Below, in pieces: positions 39,653-49,419 of a stretch of DNA of 64,000 nt. The position numbers and the translations under genes were made by a program. Location of the stretch: contig CAWEMM010000010.1 in assembly GCA_963810095.1 (NCBI GenBank), positions 32,001 through 96,000 on the forward strand, given 5' to 3'. The notes beneath the pieces are model-generated. The model was not told the origin of the DNA. It ran no database searches and was given only the letters and a program-made list of their open reading frames with translations. This DNA is from an uncultured Chloroflexia bacterium. Lineage in GTDB: Bacteria > Chloroflexota > Anaerolineae > CG2-30-64-16. Each line of letters starts with the position of its first letter. Within the stretch, counting starts at the first letter, position 1.

Positions 39653-42600
39653 TGGACGGCGAACGAGTGACGCAGCAACTGGACGCGCTGGGAGCCCGCC
39701 GTGCGGCCGCCAAGCGGCGTTGGGAAACCCGCACGATCGGGGCAGACCTTTACGTCACGGTCGGCATGGGCACATGCGGCCTGGCGGCAGGGGCCGACGA
39801 AGCGGTCGAGGCGATCCGGCAGGAAACGTCACGGCGCGGGTTGAATGCCGAGATCGGCCGGGTCGGGTGCGTGGGCATGTGCTCCTACGAGCCCATGATC
39901 GAGCTGCAGGCCCACGACAAGGGTCGCATGAACTACGGGCAGGCAACGGCCGAGAATATCCCCGAGATCTTCGCAGCCTACTATGACGGGGCGCCTCTGG
40001 CGAACGCCGTCGTAGTTGGTGAGGTGGTTCCGAATGCAACGGTGCATGCGGGCCACCTGCTCAATACCCTCGCCTTCGTGCATCCAAAGCAGCACGACCG
40101 CATCCCCTTCCAGCAGAAGCAGATGCGCGTCGTCCTGTCGAACTGCGGCCTGATCGATCCGGAATCGCTGGACGATTACCTGGCGATGGACGGTTATAGC
40201 GGACTCGAGAAGGCACTGTGCGAAATGACGCCCGAGGGCGTGATCGACGAACTGGTGCGCTCGGGCCTGCGGGGCCGCGGCGGCGGCGGCTTCTCCACTG
40301 GCACGAAGTGGAAGCTGGCGCGCCAGACGCAGCGCTGGCCGAAATACGTGATCTGCAACGCGGACGAGGGCGATCCGGGCGCATTCATGGACCGTTCGAC
40401 GCTCGAAGGCGATCCCCACTCGCTCGTCGAGGGGATGATCCTCGCGGGATACGCCATCGGCGCGGAGATGGGCTACATCTACTGCCGCGCCGAGTACCCG
40501 CTGGCGATCAGCCGGCTCGAGCGGGCCCTGGCGCAGGCGCGCGAGCTCGGCCTCCTGGGCGAACACATCCTTGGCAGCGACTTCTCCTTCGACATCCAGG
40601 TTAAGGAAGGCGCTGGCGCGTTCGTCTGCGGCGAAGAGACCGCGCTGATGGCCTCCATTCAGGGCGAGCGCGGGCAGCCGTGGCCGCGGCCCCCGTACCC
40701 CGCCGTTGCGGGCCTGTGGGGCCAGCCCTCCAACGTCAACAACGTCAAGAGCTACGCGTATGCCCCCCGCATCATCCGTCTCGGCGCGGACTGGTTCAAG
40801 TCCCTCGGCACCGAAAGCAGCCCGGGCACTGCCGTGTTCGCCCTCAGCGGCATGGTCAACCGCACTGGCCTGATCGAGATCCCGATGGGCGTCACGCTCG
40901 GCGAGATCATCTACGAGATTGGCGGCGGCGTGCCCGATGGGCGCAAGTTCAAGGCCGTGCAGACGGGCGGCCCGCTCGGCGGCTGCCTGCCCGAGGCGTA
41001 CCTCGACACGCCGGTCGATTTCGACTCGCTGCGCGCCGCGGGCGCGGTGATGGGCTCGGGCGGCATGATCGTGGCCGACGAGACCACGTGCATGGTCGAG
41101 TTCTCCAAGTACTTTATGAAGTTTGTCGTCGACGAAAGCTGCGGGAAGTGCCCGCCTTGCCGGATTGGCAGCACCCGCATGCTCGAGATCCTGGAGCGGA
41201 TCAGCGTGGGCAAGGGCGAACTGGCCGATATCGACGCGCTGAAGTATTGGGCCGACGGAATGCAGAAGGGCTCGCTGTGCGCGCTCGGACAGCTGGCGCC
41301 GTCTCCGGTGATGTCAGCGCTGCGCCACTTCGAAGACGAGTTCCTCACCCACATCAAGGAAGCCCGCTGCCAGGCGGCCGGCTGCCAGATGCTGGTGCGG
41401 GCACGCTGCGTCAGCGCCTGTCCGGCCAACGTGGATGTACCCGCGTACCTTTCGCTCATCGCCCAGGGCCGCTACGCCGAGGCGCTCGACGTTCACCGCG
41501 ACTCCAACCCCTTCCCTTCCATCTGCGGCCGGGTGTGCCCCGCCTTCTGCGAGACGCGCTGCCGCCGCGGCGACATTGACGAGCCGATCGCAATTCGCCA
41601 GGCCAAGCGGTTCATGGCCGACCACGAGTTCGACGTGCCCTGGACGCCGCCCAAGACCGCGCCGAGCAAGGGGATCAAGGTCGCCGTGATCGGCGCAGGG
41701 CCGTGCGGCTTGACGGCTGCCTTGCGCCTCGTGCAGCGCGGCTACCAGGTGACCGTCTTCGAGCGCATGCCGCTGCCCGGGGGCATGATGACCTACGGCA
41801 TCCCGGCGTATCGCCTGCCGCGCGAGGCGCTCTTCGCAGAGATCGAGCATATCTGGCGGTCGGGCGTCGAGTTCCGCTGCAACATGGAGCTGGGCGCGGA
41901 CTTTACCATTAAGAGCTTGAAGGACGAGGGCTACCAGGCGATTGTGCTGTCGCTCGGCGCGCACCGCAGCCGTAACCTGGGCGTCAAGGGCGAGGACAAG
42001 AAGGGCGTCTACCACGCGGTCCAGATGCTCCGGGATATTGCCTCCGACGAACCGCCCGACTTGCGCGGCAAGCGTGTGATCGTCGTCGGCGGCGGCGACA
42101 CTGCCATGGACGCGGCCCGTTCAGCGTGGCGTCTCGGCGCAAGCGAGGTTCACGTTGTGTACCGCCGCGACCGGGGTGACATGCCCGCCACGCACGAAGA
42201 GGTCGAGGGCGCGATCGAGGAAGGCGTCAAATTCCACTTCCTCGTGAACCCGGTTGCCGTTCTGGGCGACGAGTACGTGACGGGCATCCGGCTGCAGCGC
42301 CAACGCCTGGGCGAGTACGACTCGAGCGGACGCCGGAAGCCGGTGCCGGTCCAGGGGGCTGAGTTCGACATGCCGTGCGACCTGCTGATTCCCGCGATCG
42401 GGCAGATCACGTGGGTGCAGGACGAGAGCCTGGGCATTCACCGGGCGGCCACGTTCGACGTGGGCAAGGCATTCGAGCTGAATGTGCCCGGCGTCTTTGC
42501 GGCCGGCGACGCGGTGGGTGGACCGGGCACGGTGGTCCAGTCGGTCGGGCACGGCAATCTCGTCGCGAAGGCCGTCGATGCCTACCTGACAACCGGAGAG

Positions 42601-42843
42601 CTGACCGAGGTGGCGGTCAAGCCCGTGCGGCACGACATCCCGCAGTTGTACGACCTGGACAATTACGCGGATGCGCGGCGGCCCCAGCCGATCATGCTGA
42701 GCCCGGACGCCCGGCATATGCCGGGCGCGCGCTTCGACGAGGTCGAGCAGTGCTTGCCAGAGCACACGGTGCAGGAGGAGTGCAAACGCTGCCTCCGCTG
42801 CGACCTGGAATGGCTCGAACGCATCGGCGAACCGCTGGTTTGA
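39649..42843 (+). CDS. NuoF/HydB-GltD fusion (paralog of 22882) with N-terminal HydD-type ferredoxin domain
   Basis: GMGTCGLAAGA..CVGMC; GLRGRGGGG; NADEGDPG; CGKCPPC; CVSACP..CGRVCPAFCETRC; GAGPCG; GGGDTA..YRR; RCLRC. Confidence 0.9.
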   Translation: MMDGERVTQQLDALGARRAAAKRRWETRTIGADLYVTVGMGTCGLAAGADEAVEAIRQETSRRGLNAEIGRVGCVGMCSYEPMIELQAHDKGRMNYGQATAENIPEIFAAYYDGAPLANAVVVGEVVPNATVHAGHLLNTLAFVHPKQHDRIPFQQKQMRVVLSNCGLIDPESLDDYLAMDGYSGLEKALCEMTPEGVIDELVRSGLRGRGGGGFSTGTKWKLARQTQRWPKYVICNADEGDPGAFMDRSTLEGDPHSLVEGMILAGYAIGAEMGYIYCRAEYPLAISRLERALAQARELGLLGEHILGSDFSFDIQVKEGAGAFVCGEETALMASIQGERGQPWPRPPYPAVAGLWGQPSNVNNVKSYAYAPRIIRLGADWFKSLGTESSPGTAVFALSGMVNRTGLIEIPMGVTLGEIIYEIGGGVPDGRKFKAVQTGGPLGGCLPEAYLDTPVDFDSLRAAGAVMGSGGMIVADETTCMVEFSKYFMKFVVDESCGKCPPCRIGSTRMLEILERISVGKGELADIDALKYWADGMQKGSLCALGQLAPSPVMSALRHFEDEFLTHIKEARCQAAGCQMLVRARCVSACPANVDVPAYLSLIAQGRYAEALDVHRDSNPFPSICGRVCPAFCETRCRRGDIDEPIAIRQAKRFMADHEFDVPWTPPKTAPSKGIKVAVIGAGPCGLTAALRLVQRGYQVTVFERMPLPGGMMTYGIPAYRLPREALFAEIEHIWRSGVEFRCNMELGADFTIKSLKDEGYQAIVLSLGAHRSRNLGVKGEDKKGVYHAVQMLRDIASDEPPDLRGKRVIVVGGGDTAMDAARSAWRLGASEVHVVYRRDRGDMPATHEEVEGAIEEGVKFHFLVNPVAVLGDEYVTGIRLQRQRLGEYDSSGRRKPVPVQGAEFDMPCDLLIPAIGQITWVQDESLGIHRAATFDVGKAFELNVPGVFAAGDAVGGPGTVVQSVGHGNLVAKAVDAYLTTGELTEVAVKPVRHDIPQLYDLDNYADARRPQPIMLSPDARHMPGARFDEVEQCLPEHTVQEECKRCLRCDLEWLERIGEPLV

Positions 42844-42852
42844 CTTACTTTC

Positions 42853-42925
42853 AACACAAAGACACCAAGGCACAAAGCTTTTCCGACAGCAGATAAGTGC
42901 CTTCGTGTCGTTGTGCCTTTGTGTT
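42853..42925. repeat. Inverted-repeat element, 'ACACAAAG' family, copy 2
   Basis: aacacaaagacaccaaggcacaaag...cttcgtgtcgttgtgcctttgtgtt. Confidence 0.85.
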
Positions 42926-42938
42926 AAAGAGTGCATCC

Positions 42939-45817
42939 ATGACAGTAAACCTCACGATCAATGGGCAGCGAGTTGCTGCGGCGGACGGCAGCACCATCCT
43001 GGAGGCGGCGCGGGCCAACGGCATCCGCATCCCCACGCTGTGCCACCACCCCGACCTGAGCAATGTCGGCGCGTGCCGGCTGTGCGTGGTCACGGTGGAA
43101 CGGGCGCGCGGGTTGCAGACGGCCTGCACCACGCCCGCCATCGACGGCATGGTGGTCAACACGGAGAGCGACGATGCGCGGGCCACCCGCAAGTTCGTCC
43201 TGAACGCGCTGCTGACCGACCACCCCAACGACTGCATGCGCTGCGAGGTTAACGGGGCGTGCGAGCTGCAGGACCTGGTCTATGAGTACGACGTCGAGTG
43301 GCCCGTCCATGACGGCGCACGGCACGAGTACCCGGTTAATCCCGATCCCAACCCGTTCATCTTTATCGATCGCAACAAGTGCATCCTGTGCACCCGGTGC
43401 GTGCGCGCGTGCGCGGAGATCCAGAACCGGGACGTGTGGGCCATCTCGAGCCGCGGCTTCAAGAGCAAGCTCGTGGCAGGCGCCGACCAGGACCTGCTGG
43501 CTGCGAACTGCGAGAGCTGCGGCCAGTGCGTCTCCTATTGTCCGGTGGGCGCGCTCTACGACAAAATGAGCGTGGGTCTTGGCCGGCCGACCCAGGTGAC
43601 CAAGGTCCGCACGACCTGTTCCTACTGCGGCGTGGGGTGCAACTACGATCTGAATGTCCGCAACGGCCGCATCGTGCGGGTCACAAGCGCCAGCGACGCA
43701 CCGGTGAACGGACGGGCGCTCTGCGTCAAGGGCCGCTACGGATACGATTACGTGCACCACCGTGAGCGGCTCACCCGGCCGCTGGTCCGTGCCAAGTGGT
43801 TGAATCCGGGCGAGCTGGCAGAGAAGGTGCAGAGCGGGGAGTGGACTACCCGGACGCTCGGCGCGCCCGAGCCGAAGAAGCGGAAGGGAAAGGACCTTCG
43901 GGGTCTTCAAGACCCTGAAGGTCTGGGTTCGCCCGCCGAGTACGTCGAGGTCGATTGGGACACTGCGCTCGACGTCGTGACGCGCAAGTGGGCGGCAGGT
44001 TAAGGCGGAGAGCGGGGGCGGCGCGTTTGCCATCCTGACCTCGGCCAAGTGCACGAATGAAGAGAATTTCCTCGTCAACAAGCTGGGAAGGCAGGTGTTG
44101 GGCACAAACAGCATCGACCACTGTGCCCGGTTGTGACACAGCGCAACTGTCGCCGGTCTGGCGACCAGCTTTGGCAGCGGGGCGATGACGAACTCGATCC
44201 GCGACATCGCCGAACAGAGCAAGGTCATCTTCATCATCGGCTCAAACACGACCGAGCAGCATCCGGTCATCGGCATTAAGATCCGCCGGGCGAAGCGCAT
44301 TCGCGGGGCGAAGCTGATCGTTGCGGATCCCCGCAAGATCGACATCGCGCGCTATGCGGATTTGCACCTGCGCCACAAGCCGGGCACCGACATCGCACTG
44401 CTAAACGGCATCATGCACATTCTCCTGCGCGACGGCTGGGAGGACAAAGAGTTTATCGCCAGCCGCACCGAGGGCTTTGAGGCGCTCGTCGAGACGGTCG
44501 CCAAGTACACCCCGGAAGTGGCGAGCGAGATCACGGGCGTGCCGGTCGGTCAACTCGAGCAGGCTGCGAAGATGCTGGGCGAGAACCGCCCCGGCAGCCT
44601 CTTGTACGCGATGGGCATCACGCAGCACATCGTCGGCGTGCAAAACGTCGTGTCGTGCGCCAATCTCCAAATGCTCCTGGGCAACATGGGCGTTCCCGGG
44701 GGCGGCGTGAACCCGCTGCGCGGGCAGAACAATGTGCAGGGTGCATGTGACATGGGCGGCCTGCCCAACTACTACCCCGGCTACCAGCACGTCACGGACG
44801 CGGCCGCGCAGGAAAAGTTTGAAAAGGCCTGGGGCGCACCCCTGGTGGGGAAGGTCGGGCTCACCGTAACCGAAATGCTGACGGGCGTCGAGACGGGCCA
44901 GGTGCGGTGCCTGTACGTGATCGGCGAGAACCCCATGACCTCGGACCCCGACCTGAACCACGTCAAGCACGCGCTGCGACAGAGCGAGTTCATGGTGCTG
45001 CAGGAGATCTTCCCGAGCGAGACCGCGCAGTATGCCGACGTGGTGCTGCCCGCGGCAAGCTGGGCCGAGAAGGAAGGCACGTTCACGAACACCGAGCGGC
45101 GTATCCAGCGCGTTCGCAAGGCGGTCCCACCTCCCGGTGAGGCCAAGCTGGACAGTTGGATCGTAACGCAGCTGGCGAAGCGGATGGTAGCCCTGGGTGC
45201 GGCAGCGCCCGACCCCGATGCGCCGTGGCACGACTGGGAATACGCGACCGTGCAAGACGTCATTGCCGAGATCAACGCGCTCGACACCCATCTACGCGGG
45301 TGTGACGTATGACCGCATCGAGGGCGGCAGCCAGCTTCAGTGGCCGGTGCGAGGGAAAGAGCATCCCGGCACCCCCGTGCTGCACGTGGGCCAGTTCAGC
45401 CGCGGCCTGGGTCGCTTCATCGCGGCGGAGCACATCCCGCCCGCCGAGCTTCCCGATACCGAGTACCCGCTGCTGCTGACCACGGGCCGGGTGATCTACC
45501 ACTGGCACGGTGCAGAGATGACCCGGCGGGCGTCTGGGCTGAACAAGGTGTATCCTGAGGCGCTAATCGAGGTGAGCCCCAAGGACGCGCAGGCCGCGGG
45601 TGTGCGCGACGGCGACATGATCAAACTCGAGTCGAGGCGCGGGGAGATCGTCGCGAAGGCGCAGGTGACCACCCGCGTCGGGGCAGGTCTGGTCTTCGCC
45701 ACCTTCCACTTCCCCGAGTCGGCGGCGAACTTCCTGACGATTGCCGCGCTCGATCCGACCGCCAAGATCCCCGAGTTCAAGGTGTGCGCGGTGAAGATGA
45801 GCAAAGAGACCGATTAA
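42939..45817 (+). CDS. fdhF: Selenocysteine-containing formate dehydrogenase alpha subunit (NuoG-like Fe-S N-terminus + Mo/W-bisPGD domain); +1 frameshifts near 43995 and 45283
   Basis: Fe-S motifs, [27 protein letters not shown](44134)-[18 protein letters not shown]-terminal [14 protein letters not shown]. Confidence 0.9.
44146..44168 (+). promoter_or_regulatory. Bacterial SECIS element
   Basis: gtcgcc-ggtct-ggcgac hairpin with GGU at the 7th codon after UGA, the same register as the E. coli fdhF SECIS. Confidence 0.8.
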
Positions 45818-45822
45818 GCCGG

Positions 45823-45855
45823 ACGTGCCCGGCGCCTAGGGGGCGCCGGGCACGT
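45823..45855 (+). terminator. Hairpin after fdh
   Basis: acgtgcccggcgcc-taggg-ggcgccgggcacgt; no U-tract. Confidence 0.45.
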
Positions 45856-45927
45856 GAAACAAGCCGGCCCGGCGACGCGTCGCCGGCACCTTGGCCCCCC
45901 CGGCCCAGGGGAAGCGGAGGGCATTCT

Positions 45928-45956
45928 TTGACGCTTCACCCGGCCTTTGTTATCAT
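45928..45956 (+). promoter_or_regulatory. Sigma70-type promoter of the pit operon
   Basis: TTGACG-17 bp-TATCAT with a TG extension. Confidence 0.6.
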
Positions 45957-45997
45957 TCGTTAATACCCTCACAATTCGTTTTCCTCTGGAGCTGCCA

Positions 45998-46624
45998 GTG
46001 AAATTCTCATTTCTGCCCGTCGAAGGAAAGTTCTTCGACTTATTCGCCGCGGCGACGACGAACCTGCTCGACGCCGCCCGGCTTCTGCAGCGTATCTTCG
46101 AGGATTATCACGACGTCGAGGACGCCGTGGCGCAGATGACCGAGCTGGAGCACAAGGGCGACTTTATCGTTCATGAAGTCACCAACCTGCTGCCGCGCAC
46201 CCTGATCACCCCGTTCGATCCCGACGACATCCAGCGCATCATCGACGCGATCGACGACACCCTGGACACCATGCATGCGGCGGTTGGGCGGCTGGCCATT
46301 TACCAGGTGCTGGAGATTAAGAAGCCGGCGAAACGCCTTGCGAAACTGGTCGTCGAAGGCGCAACCGAGCTCGACGTGGCGATTAAGGGGCTGCAGGACA
46401 AGAAGCAGTACGCCCAGGTCAAGGAGCGCATCGTCCAGATCAACACCTTGGAAAACACGGGCGACCGGATCCTGGAAGATGGGCTGCGCAGCCTGGTCGA
46501 GCGCAGGGAAGACTTGTTCGACCTGATCCGCTGGAAAGAGATTTACGAGCTGCTGGAGCAGGCCACCGATCGGCTCGAGGACGCGGGCGACGTCATCCAG
46601 AGGATCATGATCGCCAATGCCTGA
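45998..46624 (+). CDS. DUF47/PhoU-like phosphate transport regulator
   Basis: FFDLF, LEHKGD..LITPFD..DD, LENTGD..WKEIYE.LE.ATDRLED; adjacent to pit. Confidence 0.88.
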   Translation: MKFSFLPVEGKFFDLFAAATTNLLDAARLLQRIFEDYHDVEDAVAQMTELEHKGDFIVHEVTNLLPRTLITPFDPDDIQRIIDAIDDTLDTMHAAVGRLAIYQVLEIKKPAKRLAKLVVEGATELDVAIKGLQDKKQYAQVKERIVQINTLENTGDRILEDGLRSLVERREDLFDLIRWKEIYELLEQATDRLEDAGDVIQRIMIANA

Positions 46625-47639
46625 AGCCACGCTGTTCGCGGTCCTCGCGATTATCGCGATTGCCCTCATCTTTGACTTCATCAACGGGTTTCACGATGCC
46701 GCGAACTCCATCGCGACGATCGTCTCGACGCGCGTGCTGACGCCTTTACAGGGCGTCTGTTGGGCGGCCTTTTTCAACTTCCTGGCCGCGTTTCTCTTCG
46801 GCACCGCCGTGGCAAAGACGGTGGGTGCCGGGCTCGTTAATGTGAACGAGGTCAACTATCAGGTGATCTTTGCCGGTCTTGTCGGCGCGATCGTGTGGGA
46901 TCTTCTAACCTGGTACTGGGGCTTGCCCGTGAGTTCGTCCCAGGCACTCATCGGCGCCTACGGCGGCGCCGCCGTCGCAATGGCGGGTTGGCAGGTCCTC
47001 ATTCCGGCCGGCTGGATCAAGACGCTCGCCTTCATCGTGATCGCGCCCGTCCTCGGCTGGCTCTTAGGCAGCGCGTTCATGATCATCATCTACTGGCTGT
47101 TTCGGAACGCAACACCCGCCTTTGCAGACCGGTTCTTCCGCCGCGGGCAGCTGGTCTCGGCTGCTATGTACAGTCTGGGCCACGGCGGCAACGACGCGCA
47201 GAAGACGATGGGCATCATCGCCGGGTTGTTATATACCGTGCCGCAGTATCAACACCTGGTTACCAACGCGGCCGGGCAACTCTTCATCCCTTTTTGGATC
47301 GTGCTAATGGCCCATGCGGCGATCGCACTCGGCACATTGTCGGGCGGCTGGCGCATCATCCACACCATGGGCAGCAAGATCACGAAGTTGGTGCCTATGG
47401 GCGGTTTTGCCGCGGAGACGGCCGGAGCCATCACCATCTTCTCCTCCACTGCACTCGGAATCCCCGTGTCCACCACCCAAATCATCACGGGCGCCATCGT
47501 CGGGGTCGGGTCGATCCGCCGGCGTCGGGCCGTCCGCTGGGGTGTCGCCAGCCAGATCGTGTGGGCCTGGCTCCTCACGATCCCCGTCTCGGCGTTCTTC
47601 GGCGCAGGCGTGTACCGGCTGATCGCGCTGTTCCGCTAG
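46617..47639 (+). CDS. pit: PiT family inorganic phosphate transporter
   Basis: NGFHDAANSIAT, HGGNDAQK and PVSTT. Confidence 0.92.
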   Translation: MPEATLFAVLAIIAIALIFDFINGFHDAANSIATIVSTRVLTPLQGVCWAAFFNFLAAFLFGTAVAKTVGAGLVNVNEVNYQVIFAGLVGAIVWDLLTWYWGLPVSSSQALIGAYGGAAVAMAGWQVLIPAGWIKTLAFIVIAPVLGWLLGSAFMIIIYWLFRNATPAFADRFFRRGQLVSAAMYSLGHGGNDAQKTMGIIAGLLYTVPQYQHLVTNAAGQLFIPFWIVLMAHAAIALGTLSGGWRIIHTMGSKITKLVPMGGFAAETAGAITIFSSTALGIPVSTTQIITGAIVGVGSIRRRRAVRWGVASQIVWAWLLTIPVSAFFGAGVYRLIALFR

Positions 47640-47715
47640 AACTCTTCCTCGTCGTGGCCTCGGCTGCTCCGCAATTTCCGGCGGATCAGCGGCGGGGCCG
47701 CGGCGCGTTTGCCCC

Positions 47716-47749
47716 TTGACGCCCCTGGTGCTTAGTGATACAGTTCACT
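47716..47749 (+). promoter_or_regulatory. hdr-mvh promoter overlapped by an AGTGA-N6-TCACT palindrome
   Basis: TTGACG-17 bp-TACAGT (TG-extended); the -10 hexamer is the N6 spacer of the palindrome 47734-47749. Confidence 0.6.
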
Positions 47750-47813
47750 TAGTAGGTCCCTCTTAACAACTCACCTGGTGCGTTTCCGTGTTTGCCCGCG
47801 AAGGAGCTCGCAC

Positions 47814-48392
47814 ATGACCGATCCTTCCCCTCCGATCCTCGAGCAATTCGACTTTCTCGATGAGGTGCAGGCGCGCACCCCCGGCGAATCGCGCCTCCTC
47901 ATGTGCATCCAGTGCGGCACGTGTGGAGGTTCGTGCCCCTCTGGCGCCGACATGGAACATACCCCCCGCGGCATCTTCGCCATGATTCGAGCGAACATGC
48001 GAGAAGATGTCTTGCGGAGCAACACGCCCTGGTACTGCGTCTCCTGCTACTACTGCACGGTCCGCTGCCCCCAGGACGTGCATATTACCGACATCATGTA
48101 CACGCTCAAGCGTATGGCCGTCGAAGCGCGACTGTACGAAGAGCCGGCCGCCCCCGACTTCTCCAAAGTCTTCATCAACTGGGTCGAGAACTACGGCCGC
48201 GCCTTCGAGCTGGGCCTGATGTCGCAGCACATGCTCCGGCATAATCCGCTCGGGGTGTTTAAAATCGCCGACATGGGCTTCGGGATGGTTACTAAGGGCC
48301 GCATGGCCTTCACGCCCAAGCGCATCCGCGACATTCAGGGGCTGAAGGCGATCATTGCCCGGGCCAAAGAGCTGGAGGCGGTCCATGCCTGA
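47814..48392 (+). CDS. hdrC: Heterodisulfide reductase subunit C
   Basis: CIQCGTCGGSCP and WYCVSCYYCTVRCP. Confidence 0.88.
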   Translation: MTDPSPPILEQFDFLDEVQARTPGESRLLMCIQCGTCGGSCPSGADMEHTPRGIFAMIRANMREDVLRSNTPWYCVSCYYCTVRCPQDVHITDIMYTLKRMAVEARLYEEPAAPDFSKVFINWVENYGRAFELGLMSQHMLRHNPLGVFKIADMGFGMVTKGRMAFTPKRIRDIQGLKAIIARAKELEAVHA

Positions 48393-49419
48393 CCTCATCT
48401 ACAACTACTTCCCCGGCTGCTCCCTCGAGCGCAACGCCGAGGCCTACCACAAGAGCTCGATCGCCGCGGCCGAGGTGCTTGGCATGCACTTCCGCGAGAT
48501 CGATGACTGGAACTGCTGTGGCGCGACCGAGTACATTTCGCTACACATGCTGGCGTCCTACTCCCTCATCGCGCGCAACCTGGCTCAGGCCGTAAAGAGC
48601 GACGGTGCGCGGGACCTTGTAGCGCCCTGCAGCGCGTGTTACCTCAACCTCAAGAAGACCGACAAGTACATGCGGGGAGACCCGGTGCTGGCCGGGCGGG
48701 TGAACGCCGCACTGGCGGCGGGCGGTCTCTCCTATAAGCCCGGCTCGGTGCATGTGCGCCACCTGCTCGACGTCGTGATGGAAGACGTCGGCTGCGCCGG
48801 CATCAAGTCACATGTGACCCGGCCGCTGAAGGGCCTCCGAGTGGCGCCCTACTACGGCTGCCTCATCTCCCGACCCGGCCTGCGCGTCGACGAGCACAAC
48901 CCCGAATACCCCATGATCCTGGACGAGTTGCTCGGCTGCCTGGGTGCGCACGTGGTCGACTTCCCCCTGAAAACTCACTGCTGTGGCGGCCACATGACGC
49001 AAATCTCCGAGGGGACAGGTTTCGAGCTGATTCGCCGCCTGGTCAAGGGCGCGGCCGACTATCAGGCCGACATGATTGTAACCGTCTGCCCGATGTGCCA
49101 ACTCAACCTGGATGCGTTCCAGGGCGCCATGAACCGGTACTTCAAGACCGCCTACAGCGTGCCTGTGCTCTACTTTACCCAGATGATGGGCCTCGCGTTC
49201 GGCCTGAATGCGGAGACCTTGGGGATCGGCGCGGAGCTGGTGGACGCGCGACCGGCCTTGGCAAAGATCGGCGTCGAGGTGCCGCCGGCTGCGCCTGGCG
49301 CAACGGAAGGCGGTTCGAAGCGGAAGCGGGACGACAAGTCCCTTCCAATGCCCAAGATGCCGGCCCATAGCAGCGAGGGCGCGCCGCCGACCCAGCCTCA
49401 AGAGGAGGTTCGGCGATGA
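48385..49419 (+). CDS. hdrB: Heterodisulfide reductase subunit B (CCG domains)
   Basis: YFPGC, WNCCG, PCSAC, YYGC, CCGG and CPMCQ. Confidence 0.9.
   Translation: MPDLIYNYFPGCSLERNAEAYHKSSIAAAEVLGMHFREIDDWNCCGATEYISLHMLASYSLIARNLAQAVKSDGARDLVAPCSACYLNLKKTDKYMRGDPVLAGRVNAALAAGGLSYKPGSVHVRHLLDVVMEDVGCAGIKSHVTRPLKGLRVAPYYGCLISRPGLRVDEHNPEYPMILDELLGCLGAHVVDFPLKTHCCGGHMTQISEGTGFELIRRLVKGAADYQADMIVTVCPMCQLNLDAFQGAMNRYFKTAYSVPVLYFTQMMGLAFGLNAETLGIGAELVDARPALAKIGVEVPPAAPGATEGGSKRKRDDKSLPMPKMPAHSSEGAPPTQPQEEVRR

Noticed and set aside
43985-44005. Programmed frameshift, or a real split of fdh into two genes
   Set aside because: No slippery site or new RBS/start; removing one base restores continuous homology ([12 protein letters not shown]), like the other indels.
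45950-45980. Pho-box upstream of DUF47-pit
   Set aside because: No convincing 11-bp direct repeats.
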